A stretch of 64,000 nt of DNA from Callorhinchus milii (GCF_018977255.1 NW_024704743.1:49354001-49418000); one strand, 5' to 3'. Counted from the stretch's first letter, positions 12,363 to 24,851 are shown. Program-made: numbers and translations. Notes: generated by a model from the sequence alone, not told the origin.

Positions 12363-13865
12363 TTTTATGTCATTCATTTTGTGCTTGTATTACCAAGTAG
12401 ATAATATTAATCATTACATTTGGTATAGCATCTTTCGGGACGATGTCCCAAAGTGCATCACATGATTTACTGTAAAGTGCAGTGACTGTATTTGATGGAC
12501 AAATGCAGCAGTCAATTTTGTACATTGTAATGTCCCACAGAAGCCATGAACTGAATGACCAATATAAACATGTATTAAGAAGGGTGAGATCAGGTGGCCA
12601 AAGAGCTTTTCAACCGATTTTGTGAGGTGAAATGAGAATAGACTAACTTCCGTAGTTTCTAATCCAATTGGCAAGTGTTAGATGTGAGGCAATTTCAGAG
12701 AGAGAAATATTTGGGGATGGGGTGGATCAATTTGGTTTCATTTCTTGTAGTCTTGGGAAAATCAGAATTAAAACTTTGCTTGCACACATAGTTGTTTGAA
12801 CATTAAACAACTGTTAATGAGAACTATTGCAGGAAGAGGTTTTATGATGTAAATACAGCATGAACCAACTTTTCAGTCTCTAGGAAGGTAAAGTGTAAGA
12901 GAAAGAGAAATTTTACATTGGAGTCCTCTAGTGGCATGAACTGGGTAGTGACAATCTATGACTATGGAGTGCTGATAATGTGAACTGAAATACCACCAGG
13001 AGGGGGTTTTCTCTGCAGTCTGAACCTTCTTTAACAGCACTATCTGTGCAGGCTTTGTCAGTATGAGTCAGAATTCACAGGGCGTGTATGTGACTGCCCG
13101 GCAAGGATAAATAATAATAATCCTTACATTTGATAAAGCGCCTTATCACGTCTTTGAGACGTCTCAAAGCGCTTCACAGAATATACTGTAAAGCAAATTG
13201 ACTATTTTGCGGGCAAAACATGGCAGCCAATTGCACACAGCAATATATCAGCTTTTAATATGCTGGAGTAGATTATGTCACTGAAAATGTCTCGACTAAC
13301 TGAATATTACTTCTGCAAAACAAATGCCTGAGTGGTAAATGGTTAAAAAGTCATAATTACTTTTTTGTCATTGACAAAAGTGGTTATACAAATAAACTGC
13401 TTTTGTTATACAATCAATTAATCGGATTAATGGGGGAAGATCCGGTTCGGAAAACTGGAATTTGTGGCTCAGTGTAATTGCGAAGCCGTTGTCGTTTTTT
13501 TGTCGCTGAAAAATGCAGCACCTAACATTGTAATTGTTTGAATCTCATGAGGGTAGTGAATAAGCTATCTTCTGTTCCTAACATTCAAACTAAGTCAAAG
13601 TTGGTGAGGCGGGGGTTACTGTACTTAGAGTTATATTATCATAGAACAGCAAACCTGTGCTTTATACCAACCAATGTGACCAGGCTCCTCTGATCTCCTC
13701 TGGGTATGTCAGAGCAGAGTTCCTGTAAGTCAGCGAGAGAGACCAAAGTGACAGACTGAGAGACAGACCGGCAGCACGACAGACTGATTGACAGACAGGC
13801 AATGTAGCAAAAATGTAAAGCAGAGATATTTCATTTTACTTTGAAACAACAAAAAAAATTACATT

Positions 13866-15357
13866 CAACAACAAATTACACTTGTAGAGCGCCCTTCACA
13901 TCGGGAGGATGTCCCAAGGGGTTGGACAGTCAGAGATTTGGACCCGAGCTGGGATTTGGCATCAGCGGGGGTGGAGGGCAATGAGGCTGGGAGGGTGCCC
14001 GAAGGTGCGGTCGAAAAGGAAAGTCTTGAGACGGGCCTTGAAGGAGGCAAGGGAGGGAATGAGGTGAAGGGACTGTGGGATGGAGTTCCATTGGGTGGGG
14101 GCAGAGTGGCTGAAGGGTCAACTGCTGATGGTGTGCCAGGCTGGGCAGGGGACATGCAACAGTCTGGAGCCTGCTGAGTAGAGGGAGTGGACAGGTTGAT
14201 ATGGGGTTCGCAGGTCACAGAGGTAGGAAGGAGGAAGGCCGTGGAGGGCTTTTGAAGGCGAGGAAGAGGATTTTGAACTCGACCCTCTGGGGATGGTGAG
14301 CAGGGAGAGGGTGGGGGTGATAGGATCACGGAGTCTGATGCGTGAGAGGACACGAGCTGCAGAGTTCTGGATGATCTGCAGCTTGTGGAGAGAAGAGTTG
14401 GGAAGGTCAACAAGCGGGGAGTTGGTGTTGTTGAGCCTAGATATAATAAATGCGTGGATGAGTTTCGGGAGGGTTAGGAAGAGCCAAGCGATGTTGCGGA
14501 GGTGGGTGGAGGCAGAGCAAATCTTGGCGAGGATGTGGGGTAGAAAGTATAGTTGAGGTTCAAACAAGACGCCAAGGTTCTGGACCGGCTTAGTAATGTG
14601 GAGTGCGCAACCATGGATGGTGATGCTGTCAGCGCCTGAGGTGAGGAGGCGCTGACGGGAGCCAATCAGGAGAGTCTTGTTAACTTTCAACTGGAGAAAG
14701 TTAGCTCTCATCCAGGACTTGATGTCTGACAGACATTCTGTCAGGACAGCAGTAGTCCTGGAGTCAAGGGCGGAGGCAGAGAGGTAGAGTTGGGTGTCAT
14801 CCGCACACATGTGGAAGTTGACCCCGTGTCTGCAGATGATGTCACCAAGAGGGAGCAAATAATTATTGAAGAGGGGGCCAAGGACAGAGACCTGAGGAAT
14901 GCTGCATGAGATGGTGTGGGGGCTAGAGGAGAAACTGTTTGTGGAGACAAAATGGAGACGGTGTGAGAGGTATGATCTGAACCATTCAAGGACCAAGTCA
15001 TGAAGGTTGAGGTGAGAGGCGAGGTGGTTGGGCAAGGGACAATGATGGCTGTTTTTAAGGGGGTGGAAACGGTGCCAGTGGACAGGGAGAGGTTTATGAT
15101 GTCTGAGAGTAGGGGGGGCAACGAGGTGGAGCTGGGAGGTAAGGAGAGGGGTAGGGATGGTGTTGAGAGAACAGGTAGTTGGTTTCATACGGGTCGTAAT
15201 GGTGACGAGAGAGGAGAGGAAAGACAGGTTCAAAGGTATAGAGGGAGAGATGGGTAGGGACCGGAGTGTGAGGGGGAGATAGGGAGGGTGTAGCAGTTGG
15301 AAGGGTAGAGGCAGTTGAATGGATCCCCTCGATTGTGGTCTCGAGGAAATCGGGCAT
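13866..15357 (-). mobile_element. Degenerate LINE2 with RT core (ORF 14118-15233)
   Basis: IPQVSVLGPLF and FHMCADDTQLYLS (decayed PQGSVLGP and YADD motifs), internal deletions, (TTG)n tail. Confidence 0.92.
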
Positions 15358-15899
15358 TAAAAGTGTGGAGCTGCAGATCTCTAGACCTGTGTAAATTCCC
15401 CATTGATCAACGGATGTACATTTTAAACCTACGCGGCTAGTCTTTCATCCTGGTTTCAAAGGTATTTTGGCAGGACTTTTGTGATGTCAGAATAAAGCGC
15501 CTTCTTCTTCAACCACACCAATCTGGTGATTTGCCAAGGTGTCCTTTTTATATTAGGTGATATAACAACAGGGTCAGCCTGGACACAACTTCAAAAAGAA
15601 CAAAAAAATCAATCCTTGCTACTTGCTGAGAACAGACAAATTTGTAGACACGGTGCTGGGTTATAAACTGGTACCAGACCTCTCGGAGCTGCATGTTCAG
15701 CAACCCTGGTTCAGCTTGAACAAAATGTATCAGTCACAGCTGCTCACATCTGAGGCCAGATCTCAGGTCAGACAGTCAGTCGGGTTTCAGTTCTGCCAAT
15801 TCTTTACAGATTAGCTTCATGAGGAAACCATTAGTAAGTCAGGCTGATTTACAGGCTTTACACTCCGACATAATCTACTTTCAGAACAGAGACGGATCC

Positions 15900-18150
15900 T
15901 CCTCCATCCCACTTTACAACCTGCGCTTAAGAGGAATATTGAATGAAGTATTTTTCTGAAAACTACACATTTTAATTGTGTAGATTCCCTACATTTATTA
16001 TACTTGCCCGTAAAATAGGATCGTTATTTTGTGTGTATATTTATCTTAATGTATTTTCATGTGGTTTTATGGAAAAGTGTACATGGGAGAACCTGAAGTT
16101 CTTTTTACAGTATAAACATGGGGAAATCTGTAGACTATGGAAAAATAGTTATGGATCTGAAAATGCCACATGCATCCTAGTAAATCAATACCTTGAAGGG
16201 GTAATGTTATACAATGTAGTCACAGTCTAATAAACACTATTAAATCTCCTCAATGGGTCTAATATGCAGCAGTTGCGAATGAGCTTCCTTAATAAGGAAA
16301 GCAGAAGTACAACATGTGGTAATCTGCTCTGATGTCATCTACTTTCAGTGCAGTCAATGCACCTCGATATAGCATGCACGACAAACTTAGTTACCGGAAT
16401 TATTTCTTACAGATTCATTAATAAGGAAACCCATTAGGATTTATTTTACAGGATATCTCTGTAAGAAGTGTGTGGTCTCAGCCTTCATATTGCAATGTGA
16501 GAGATTATCATCTGGAAATCAAGCACCAGGTTCTAGGAAGTGTCTCCATAAGTTTATGGAGAATCACGATCTCCTGAGCTGACTGCCTCTGTATCATCTG
16601 AAGGAAAGCAGGACTTTGTAAATGTTGAGTTCTACTTGCGGCGAGTTCCCAAACTTGATATCCACGGAGTGATCTGAGTTAAGTCTCGACCAAAGGACAC
16701 CACCTCAAACTGCACCAGAGTCAACCTAGGTTACGAGTTCAAATAAAATCCTGATGCAAGACATGAACTCACAACCTTTTTGACTTGGAGCCAAGAGTGT
16801 TACCAACTGAGCTAGGATGGCACTCAATTGGTTTGGCTGTAAAAAAAAACTGTAATACATACCCAAATAGAAACTCATGATGATTTTGCTGTGGCAGTAA
16901 TTGGAAAACTTGACTATTGTAGTTTCACATGTTGGGAGTCACGTGCACTCTAAAACAGTGCAGAATTATGTTGCCTCATGGTATACAAGGCATGGCATCA
17001 ATTGTGGTTGCAGTTACAGTAACAGGTTCAGATTTCAAAGAAGTTAGAAACACCAGCAGATAACATAATAATTCTCTTTATTCTGCGCAGCAATACCTCC
17101 TACACAAATAAAGTGAGTTGCTGGTTTATATCAATTTCTGTAGACACAAAACTACAAGTACACAGAAGTATACAAAAAAGCTTAAGAAATATTTTTTTCC
17201 AAATGCCTAGTCTGTATAAGCATTTGCTACACTGAAATTTACACACTTGAACAATACACATCACATCATCAAAACAGGTATACACATTTTGCCAGTTTTA
17301 CTTCGTAGTTCTCTTACTACATTAATGTAAACCTCTATTAAGTCATATGTAGCTTATAAGGAGCATAGACTACATGCAATTCAGGTAGCCTCATTTTTCC
17401 TAAGTTACTGTAAAAAAAAGGTTCTTGCATCAAGTGTCCAAAGGGTGTTGACATTGTCCTAGACTTTGAACAGTACTGCAGCATCCCCAAATCTATGTGA
17501 ATTTTCACACTTGACATGGACAATTGTAAACCTCACTAATACTGGGTTTGAGCTTCCATATATGTTGGCCATTTCTGAAGAATCACTGGGACAGTCTGAA
17601 AATCTCAGCAGGCTGGAGCCTCATCCATCCCACTTTCCAGCCTGCGCTTAAGAGGAATATTGAATTAAATATTTCTAGAAAAACTACACATTTTCACTGT
17701 AGATTCCCTGCATTTATTATACTTGGCCATAGAATAGGATCAACATGAGTTTGTGTGCATGTTTATCATGGTGTATTTTCATGTAGTTTTGTGGAAAAGT
17801 GTACATGGGAGAACCTAAAGTTTTATACAATATAAACATGGAGAAATCTGTAGACTATGGATAACTTGTCACTGATCTGAAAATGCCACATACATCCCAT
17901 AATATACACAATGTAGTCACAGTCTGATAAACGCTATTAAATCCCCTCACTGGGTCTGATGTGCCTCAGTTGCGGATAGGGTTCCTTAATAAGGAAACCA
18001 GAAGTGCATCCTTCCAACGTATGGTACTCTGCTCTGAAGTCATCTACTCTCAGAGTTGCTGCAGGTCAGCAGAACGTAATTCCGCTTACCAAAGGGAGAT
18101 CTTCAATTCCTTAATAAGGAATCCAGTTAGAAATTGCTGCATACAGGACT
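15900..18150 (+). repeat. Diverged local direct duplication (~540 bp: 15900-16450 and 17620-18150)
   Basis: Colinear shared blocks such as cctgcgcttaagaggaatattgaat, ggaaaagtgtacatgggagaacct, aatctgtagactatgg, caatgtagtcacagtct. Confidence 0.9.
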
Positions 18151-18559
18151 CCAATATTTTGGATAGTGTCTAGTTTTTGACTAAAATTCACCCCCATCCT
18201 CCCATGTGTATCCATATGATGAATGGAAATACTGATCCAGGCAATGTTCCACATTTTGTTCATGACCTGTTCTGCTTGTTTTTGAAGGGAAAGGGAGAGG
18301 GAGATACTAATATGCATCTGCTCATTTAGGAAGTAAAATTAAGAAAGAAATTTGGTGAGGACTGAATTAGTGCTGAGAGGGGAACATGAGCAGTCCCATA
18401 GGCAAGACATTTTCAGTAGATTATTAAACTGTGGAGTTTATATTTAATTTATACATTATATAGCATTAAGTAGATGGGTTTAAACAGGTTAAGATGACAG
18501 AACAGATGAACCTTGTGTTGTTGTGTGAGGCTTGCTGGACATGGCTCAAATACCAGGGT

Positions 18560-19500
18560 AAGGCAGGCATTTTTCCAGAACACATCTCCAGCTGCATTTA
18601 CTTGAGCTCCACGTTACTGAACCTCAGGAACAGCAGGAGAGAGGTGGAGAGGTTTCTGCCAAGGAACAACAGGTGGTCACCCCACAGACAAAGTGTTACA
18701 GGATAAGGACGAGACTGAGAGGACCATAGACACAGTGCAGGGGTCTGCTGAAAACACTGCCTTGGCAAATAAGTATTCAATGCTGACTCAGGCGAGGGCG
18801 GGTACGAGCACCACCAAGGCACTGGGGAAAAAGTTGTTGCCCAAAGGGAGTGACTGTCAATTATGAAACTGTAACCCCAAATGTTGTGTTGCCTCACAGA
18901 GACCAGATCTGCAATGCAAGTGATCAGCTCAAAGTTAAGTTACATATTGGAACTAATGATGTAAAGAAATGGATTTGGGTACCCTTGTTATAGGAAGGAT
19001 AGAGAAGCAATGGAAAGGATGCCATATAGATTCACTAGGATGGTACCAGAGACAGAGAGAGGGGTCTTGTTATGGGGAGATACTTAATTTAGACCTTGTT
19101 TTCAAAGTTAAGGTTCAGGGGTTTCCCTGATTGACATCTTCAAAGATTTTAAAACTTGCATTTATGTAGCAGCCTTGACTCAAGGGAATGTCCCAGAGCC
19201 CTTGACAGTGGAGGAGCAATTGATTATTTCTGATGGATGGCGAGTCAGTAATGAGTCGGCACAAATTAAAGTGATCACAAAAAGAATTTAAATGGGAGGT
19301 TAGAAAAAACTACACAATTGGAATGTGGAACTGTATACAACCAAATCCTACTTGAGGGAGAGTACATACATTTGTTAGACAAATCCTTATTAGAGAGTGA
19401 TGGGGAGCTGGCAGGCAAGTGAGATTAGATGCGATGGTTCATGTGGAGAAAAACACCAACGACAACTTGATGGGCCAAATGGCCAGCTTCTGTGCAATAA
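18560..19500 (+). mobile_element. Highly degraded CR1 remnants
   Basis: agattcactaggatggtaccag and 3' end gggccaaatggcc resemble the CR1 at 50305. Confidence 0.55.
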
Positions 19501-20345
19501 CATTATACAATTTTATGTAACATGCCTCCTACATGATATTACAAAAGACACAATACAATGGGGTCTAAAATGCTGGAGCTGAAACCTGGATTTGTAAAGG
19601 ATCATAAATCCTGTATCGAATGGTCCCAGTAGGCTAACGTACGGCATGTCCACCTGGGGTAACTATGCTCCAAGTGGCTGGTGTGACACTTGTGCAGTCA
19701 CTGGCAGGATTCGATCTTTATGATTATTTGCAAATGCCATGTTCTTTGCCACACATGCTTTTTTTTAAGTGCTTTTTTTTAAAAAGAAAAAACTGTGAGC
19801 AACTTATTTTAAAAGGAACAAAACCCTTTTTACTGTCCTCTACGAAGGTCTTTGTTAAAAGTACTTCATCAGCTGAAACAGATGGTAATTACAGTCATAA
19901 AACGTATACTAAAGGAACAGAATGCCCCTAAAAAGTTGAGTTAACATTCAATTTTCATACAAACCATTTACATCCAAAGCCACTTATAAAGTACCAACAG
20001 CTGGTTTTAATGGATCAGGAAAATGAAATATATATATATAAAAAATAATATAACATTTCATTAGGTAAATAATCAGACAAATACAACAAAAGGAAGCTTT
20101 GCAAAAAACCTCAATGTGCGCTCTTAAACTCAATAACCTTTGCCTCAATATTGTTATTTTTATTTAAATGGCCTTGAAAATCACCAGCAGGGCAAATTAT
20201 TCGCAAACACAGTCGGACGTGTATAAACATTTAGAAAATCACTCTACCAATTGGGTTCAGGAACCAAAGACACAGGATAGTCTGATACCAATTCTAAGCC
20301 TACTTATTTTGCAATGAAGCACATTATCTCCATCACTATTACCTC

Positions 20346-22235
20346 CAACAGCAAAATTAAATTTGTAAGGCATCTTTCACATTGGAAAAACGTCCCAAGG
20401 CACTGAACAGTCGGGGATCAGGACCCGAGCGTGGCGGGGCAGGGTTGGGGTGAGGAAGGGCAGAGAGGTAGAAAGGCGGCTGAAGGCACAGTCGAAAAGG
20501 AGGGTCTTGAGTCTTGCTTTGAAGGAGGCAAGGGAGGGAACATGGCAAAGGGATTGTGGGATGGAGTTCCAGAGGGTAGGGGCAGAGAGGGTGAAAGCCC
20601 GGCCGCTGATGGTAGGGTGGGAGACCTGGAGCAGGCTGGAGCCTGCTGAGCGGGAGGAGTGGTCAGGTTGATAAGGGGTTAGCAGGTCAGAGAGGTAGGA
20701 GGGGGCAAGGCCATGGAGGGCGTTGAAAGTGAGGACTAGGATTTTGAATTCTATCCTCTGAGGGATGGGGAGCCAGTGGAGCCGGGCGAGGGTGGGGGTG
20801 ATGGGGTCATGGACCTAGTGCAGGAGGAAACATGAATTGCAGAGTTCTGGATGATTTGCAGCTTGTGGAGGGAAGATTTGGGGAGGCCGACAAAAGGGGA
20901 GTTTCCGTAGTTAAGCTTTGAGGTGACGAATGCATGTATGAGGGTTTAGGCGCTGACACCATCAGCATCCAAGGCTGCACTCTCCACCTCTCAAAGCAGT
21001 CAGGAACCTCGGCGTTTTGTTCGACCCTGAGCTGTCCTTTCTCCCTCACATCCGCACCACAACTGGCACCGCCTTCCATCACCTCCGGAACATCGCCAGA
21101 CTACGGCATTACCTCACCCCTCACGCTGCTGAAACCCTGGTTCACGCCTTTGTCACCTCAAGGCTGGACTACGGGAACTCTCTCCTCGCCGGCCTTCCCG
21201 CACCTCCCTCCACACTGCAGGTCATTCAGAACTCTGCAGCTCGTGTACTGTCCCGCACCAGGCTTCGGGATCACATCACTCCCACCCGCGCTCGCCTCCA
21301 CTGGCTCCCCATCCCCCAGAGGATCGAATTCAAGATCCTCATCCTCACCTACAAGGCCATTCACGGCCTCGCTCCCTCCTACCTCTCCGACCTACTATCC
21401 CCCTACCTACCTGCCCGTACCCTCCGTTCCTCTGGCTCCGGTCTGCTCCACATCCCCCGCCCCAACCGCCCTACCATCGGTGGCCGGGCCTTCAGCCTCT
21501 CAGCCCCGAGGTTCTGGAACTCTATCCCCCAGTGCCTTCGCCGCCTCCTCCCTTTCCTCCTTCAAGGCCGGTCTCAAAACCTTTCTCTTTGACCGTACCT
21601 TCAGCTCCCCTCTCGACTCTCTACCCCCTCCTCGCTCCCTCCCTTCCCTCCCCTCACCCTGACCATTTCCCCCCTGCTCGGGTCATGACCCAACTGTGCA
21701 GCGCCTTGGGACGTCCTCCTGACGTGAAAGGCGCTTTATAAATGGAATCTTGTTGTTGTTGTTGGCGGCCTGAGTGGTGAGGAAATAGCGGAGTCGGGCA
21801 ATGGTGCGGAGGTGGGGGAAGGCAGAACGGGTCATGGCACAGATATGGGGGAGAAAGGATAGCTGAGGGACGAACAAGTCGATCAGGTTCCTGACTGGCT
21901 TGGAGAGGTGGAGTGTGAATCTGTGGATGCTGATGCTGCCAGTGCCTGATGTACTGGCGTGAGCAAATCAGGATGGCCTCGGTCTTGCTGACATTCAACT
22001 GTACAAAGTTGGTTCTCATCCAAGACTTGACATCAGACAGGCATTCTGTCATGATGTCAGTTGTCCTGGAGTCCAAGGTGGAGGCAGAGAGGTGGTGTGT
22101 TTCATATGGTGGTGATGATAGAGGGGAAAACAAGTTCGAATATGTGGAGGGAGGAATGGGTATGGGTCGGAGTGTGATGGGGAGAGAAGGGGAGGGAGTG
22201 GCAGTTGGGAGGGCGGAGGCAGTTGAACGGATCCA
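20346..22235 (-). mobile_element. Older LINE2 split into 20346-20952 and 21764-22235 by a nested insertion
   Basis: The halves rejoin as ...LRYFLTTQAA|xTLIHAFVTSKL...; GGCG is present at both junctions. Confidence 0.88.
20953..21763 (+). mobile_element. Young 5'-truncated LINE2 inserted antisense into an older LINE2
   Basis: 191-aa open frame (21017-21592) with ETLVHAFVTSRLDYGNSLL...LHWLPIPQRIEFKIL; CpG-rich; (TTG)n tail. Confidence 0.92.
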
Positions 22236-22299
22236 GACTGCATTCCTCATTACACCGTGCTTTACAAACATGTGCTTGAATGTACAAAATATGACCCTG

Positions 22300-24716
22300 G
22301 TTGCTTCACTAAAACTGATTTATTGAACACACAAAGACTTTATAAACAGCCAATCACAGAACCCTCCCACATCCTTTAGCCCCAAGCTGAATGATGTTTT
22401 CAGTTGGAAACTCTATATTTTTAAAATTTAGGCTTGCATACAGTTGGTTATGTGGATTTCCAATTAAACTGTTCTTCCTTCCTTTCCTCTCTTCTCCCAC
22501 CACCCCACCTTTTGTACTTTTAACATCTAAATGAGTATCACCACGGTGACAAAGTGCATGTAGCAGTGAGTACACACACATTATAAAATCAACAATAAGT
22601 CATAGAAATATTACACCTAGGACACAAAGCACAGCTGCTAAGATGACTGGAGAGTTTCCATTGTAACAGAAATCACACGCTAGAGTGCCCACCAAGGTGC
22701 ACAAACACATACATTATATCCAATACAATCCTTACTCTTTTTTCACATCCGTATAAAATGACATGGGTCATCATTTTCTACAATGTGCTTATTTTCCGCT
22801 CATAGCCCTTTATAATCACGGAAAATATGACAATACTGTTAGCTTACTCCCAGTTTCAGTTGTGCTCTTTCCTTCATGTTACATTCACGTTGTCTTTTAT
22901 GAAATGCTGGTAGGTTGAAGTCTGTCCTCATTAGCAGATGGAGCACTGCTGCAATTGTAACCTTATATTTCAGCCTTTGGTTTCGGGTGGGTGAATTAGA
23001 AGCAAATCTTCAAGCTGGAGAGCACGAAAAATAGAAGAGCAGCTTTTACCATTTGTAGAAACAGGAGACATTTCAACCACGTCAGAGATTCCAAGCAGCT
23101 CATCTTGAAGAATCGATCCATGAACGAGCATCGCACACAGATCAGTCGGAGCTTCCATATTTCGCTGATGTAGTATTTCTCACAGGAGAAAGTCACCATC
23201 TACCAACCTGACGTCATTCTGGGTGAGAATGTCCAGAGTTCACTTGAAAGCAGAAATTTGCAAAGCCTTTTCAATACATTCTGAGGCACTTTTCTTGAGC
23301 TGATTATGATAAAGAGACTTATGCCACTGGAATGATCACATAATGCAAAACTAACTGCAGAAATGCCCTTTGGTATACACCGGTGTCTACAAATTGATCA
23401 ATTATCTGACAGGACTTAACTAATAGCAGCAATGCCTTTTTAACTTTAAGAAGAATTGTAAACTTTAAATAAAAATTAAACAAATCTTTATTAAGCGTTT
23501 ATAGAACACTAGGCGGAAAATCCATTTTCTGGATTTCTTTTTTAAAAAAAAGCTCTCGCCTACAACAGCAACAACATCTTAAGTAACATTAAATGAACTT
23601 TTTTTCCACAGAACAGCTAGAAACATTAAATATGCTTTCATAAAATAACCTTTAGAATCTGGTGCAGTCAGAATAGACACTGGGAAGTCAATTTAGCTGT
23701 CTTATTCAGTGTCAACAATTGGTAACAAAAGCAAGGTTACCTGAGCAATTGTTTATTTGTATGTGTTTGGTTCTTTAAGTGCCAATATAGGCTCAAACTG
23801 ATGAACGTCACTGTTTTTTCTCCTGCTTTTTCCAACATTCGTGTCCCACCTGATTCAGTATAGAAATACAGTCCATCTCAACCCAAGTGCTCAGGTCACA
23901 ATAACAAATATATAACAAATATGCCTCAAACAACTTCCTACTGATCAGTTGCAAGACTAATAAAATCAGAAATAAAGCGTCTTTTGCTCAGCATCACGCT
24001 CTTCAAGACTTTCTGTATAATGGCCAAGTCTTGGATGTCACGGATCATTCCCAAAGTAATATACAAAAATTAAATGAAAATGCAGCACAAACACCCCACC
24101 CACACCTTCGTTGAGGGGCTGTCAGTTAACATGGCTACTTGGCTGCAGCTCCCGCCATTTGATATCTTAATCAAGTTAAGTCCTATATCATGCACTGTAT
24201 ACAGCACATGGCTGTACTATAGCAAGCACTATCATGCTGCATATAGTACAAATGCAAGGATTATTATTTACATGGCTGTTCAGACAGCATTACAAAAGGT
24301 GATGGGAGTGAGTGGCACGACAGGGGCAGCCTTGGAATCCTGACGATATTTACAGATCTGTGGTTTGATGGATTGACAAAATGTAAAAAATGTAAATGTA
24401 AAATCCCCACTCCTTGTCGCACTGCACCACTGTCTTGTAGCCACACACCATGAAACTAGCTAGTATCAGAACAGTTCACCTCCCGTGAAATGTACTCTTA
24501 AAATTTGCTTCACACGAACATTGTCAACAGACAACTCAACACAAACCCCTTCTCCTCCCCAAAAAAACACTCCTGGGATATCTGAATGAATATACAGGAT
24601 ATTTCTACGGCTGATGAATTTGGTCCCATTAGATTTAAAACAACCAGTCTGTAACATGAAAGCAGCCTAAGAACACATTTACAAGCAGCTCTAAAAGAAA
24701 CTCAGAATATTGATTA
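22300..24716 (-). other. Putative 3'UTR of the BCL2-like gene
   Basis: Largely repeat-free, U-rich (minus strand) stretch from the stop codon to AATAAA at 22324-22319, followed by GU/U-rich sequence. Further AATAAA at 23757-23752 and 23492-23487. Confidence 0.6.
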
Positions 24717-24851
24717 TTAATACTGGTGGGCCAGATAAGCAATTGTTACACAAGTCACCACAGCTGCAAAAGCCAAGGCAGTCCAAAGATGTGGCAACGG
24801 GATGTCAAAGAAGCGATGCGCGTTGTTCCCATAAAGTTCCACAAAGGCATC
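24717..24851 (-). CDS. BCL2: Bcl-2-like apoptosis regulator, terminal coding exon (end of BH2 plus C-terminal membrane anchor); family certain, orthology to BCL2 uncertain
   Basis: Minus-strand acceptor ctctttttatttacag|, phase 0. Encodes DAFVELYGNNAHRFFDIPLPHLWTALAFAAVVTCVTIAYLAHQY* (44 aa). Human BCL2's last exon starts at the same residue (DAFVELYGPSMRPLFDFSW...GAYLGHK); BCL-xL reads DTFVELYGNNA. Not in the ORF track. Confidence 0.9.
   Translation of the reverse strand, partial: DAFVELYGNNAHRFFDIPLPHLWTALAFAAVVTCVTIAYLAHQY

Noticed and set aside
14118..15233. 371-aa ORF as a host gene or active reverse transcriptase
   Set aside because: Decayed LINE2 ORF2: YADD is CADD, PQGS is PQVS, with internal deletions and frame changes.
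22970..23330. Coding-looking minus-strand frames (WHKSLYHNQLKKS..., MEAPTDLCAM...)
   Set aside because: No family recognised, the frames do not join, and the region lies inside the inferred 3'UTR.
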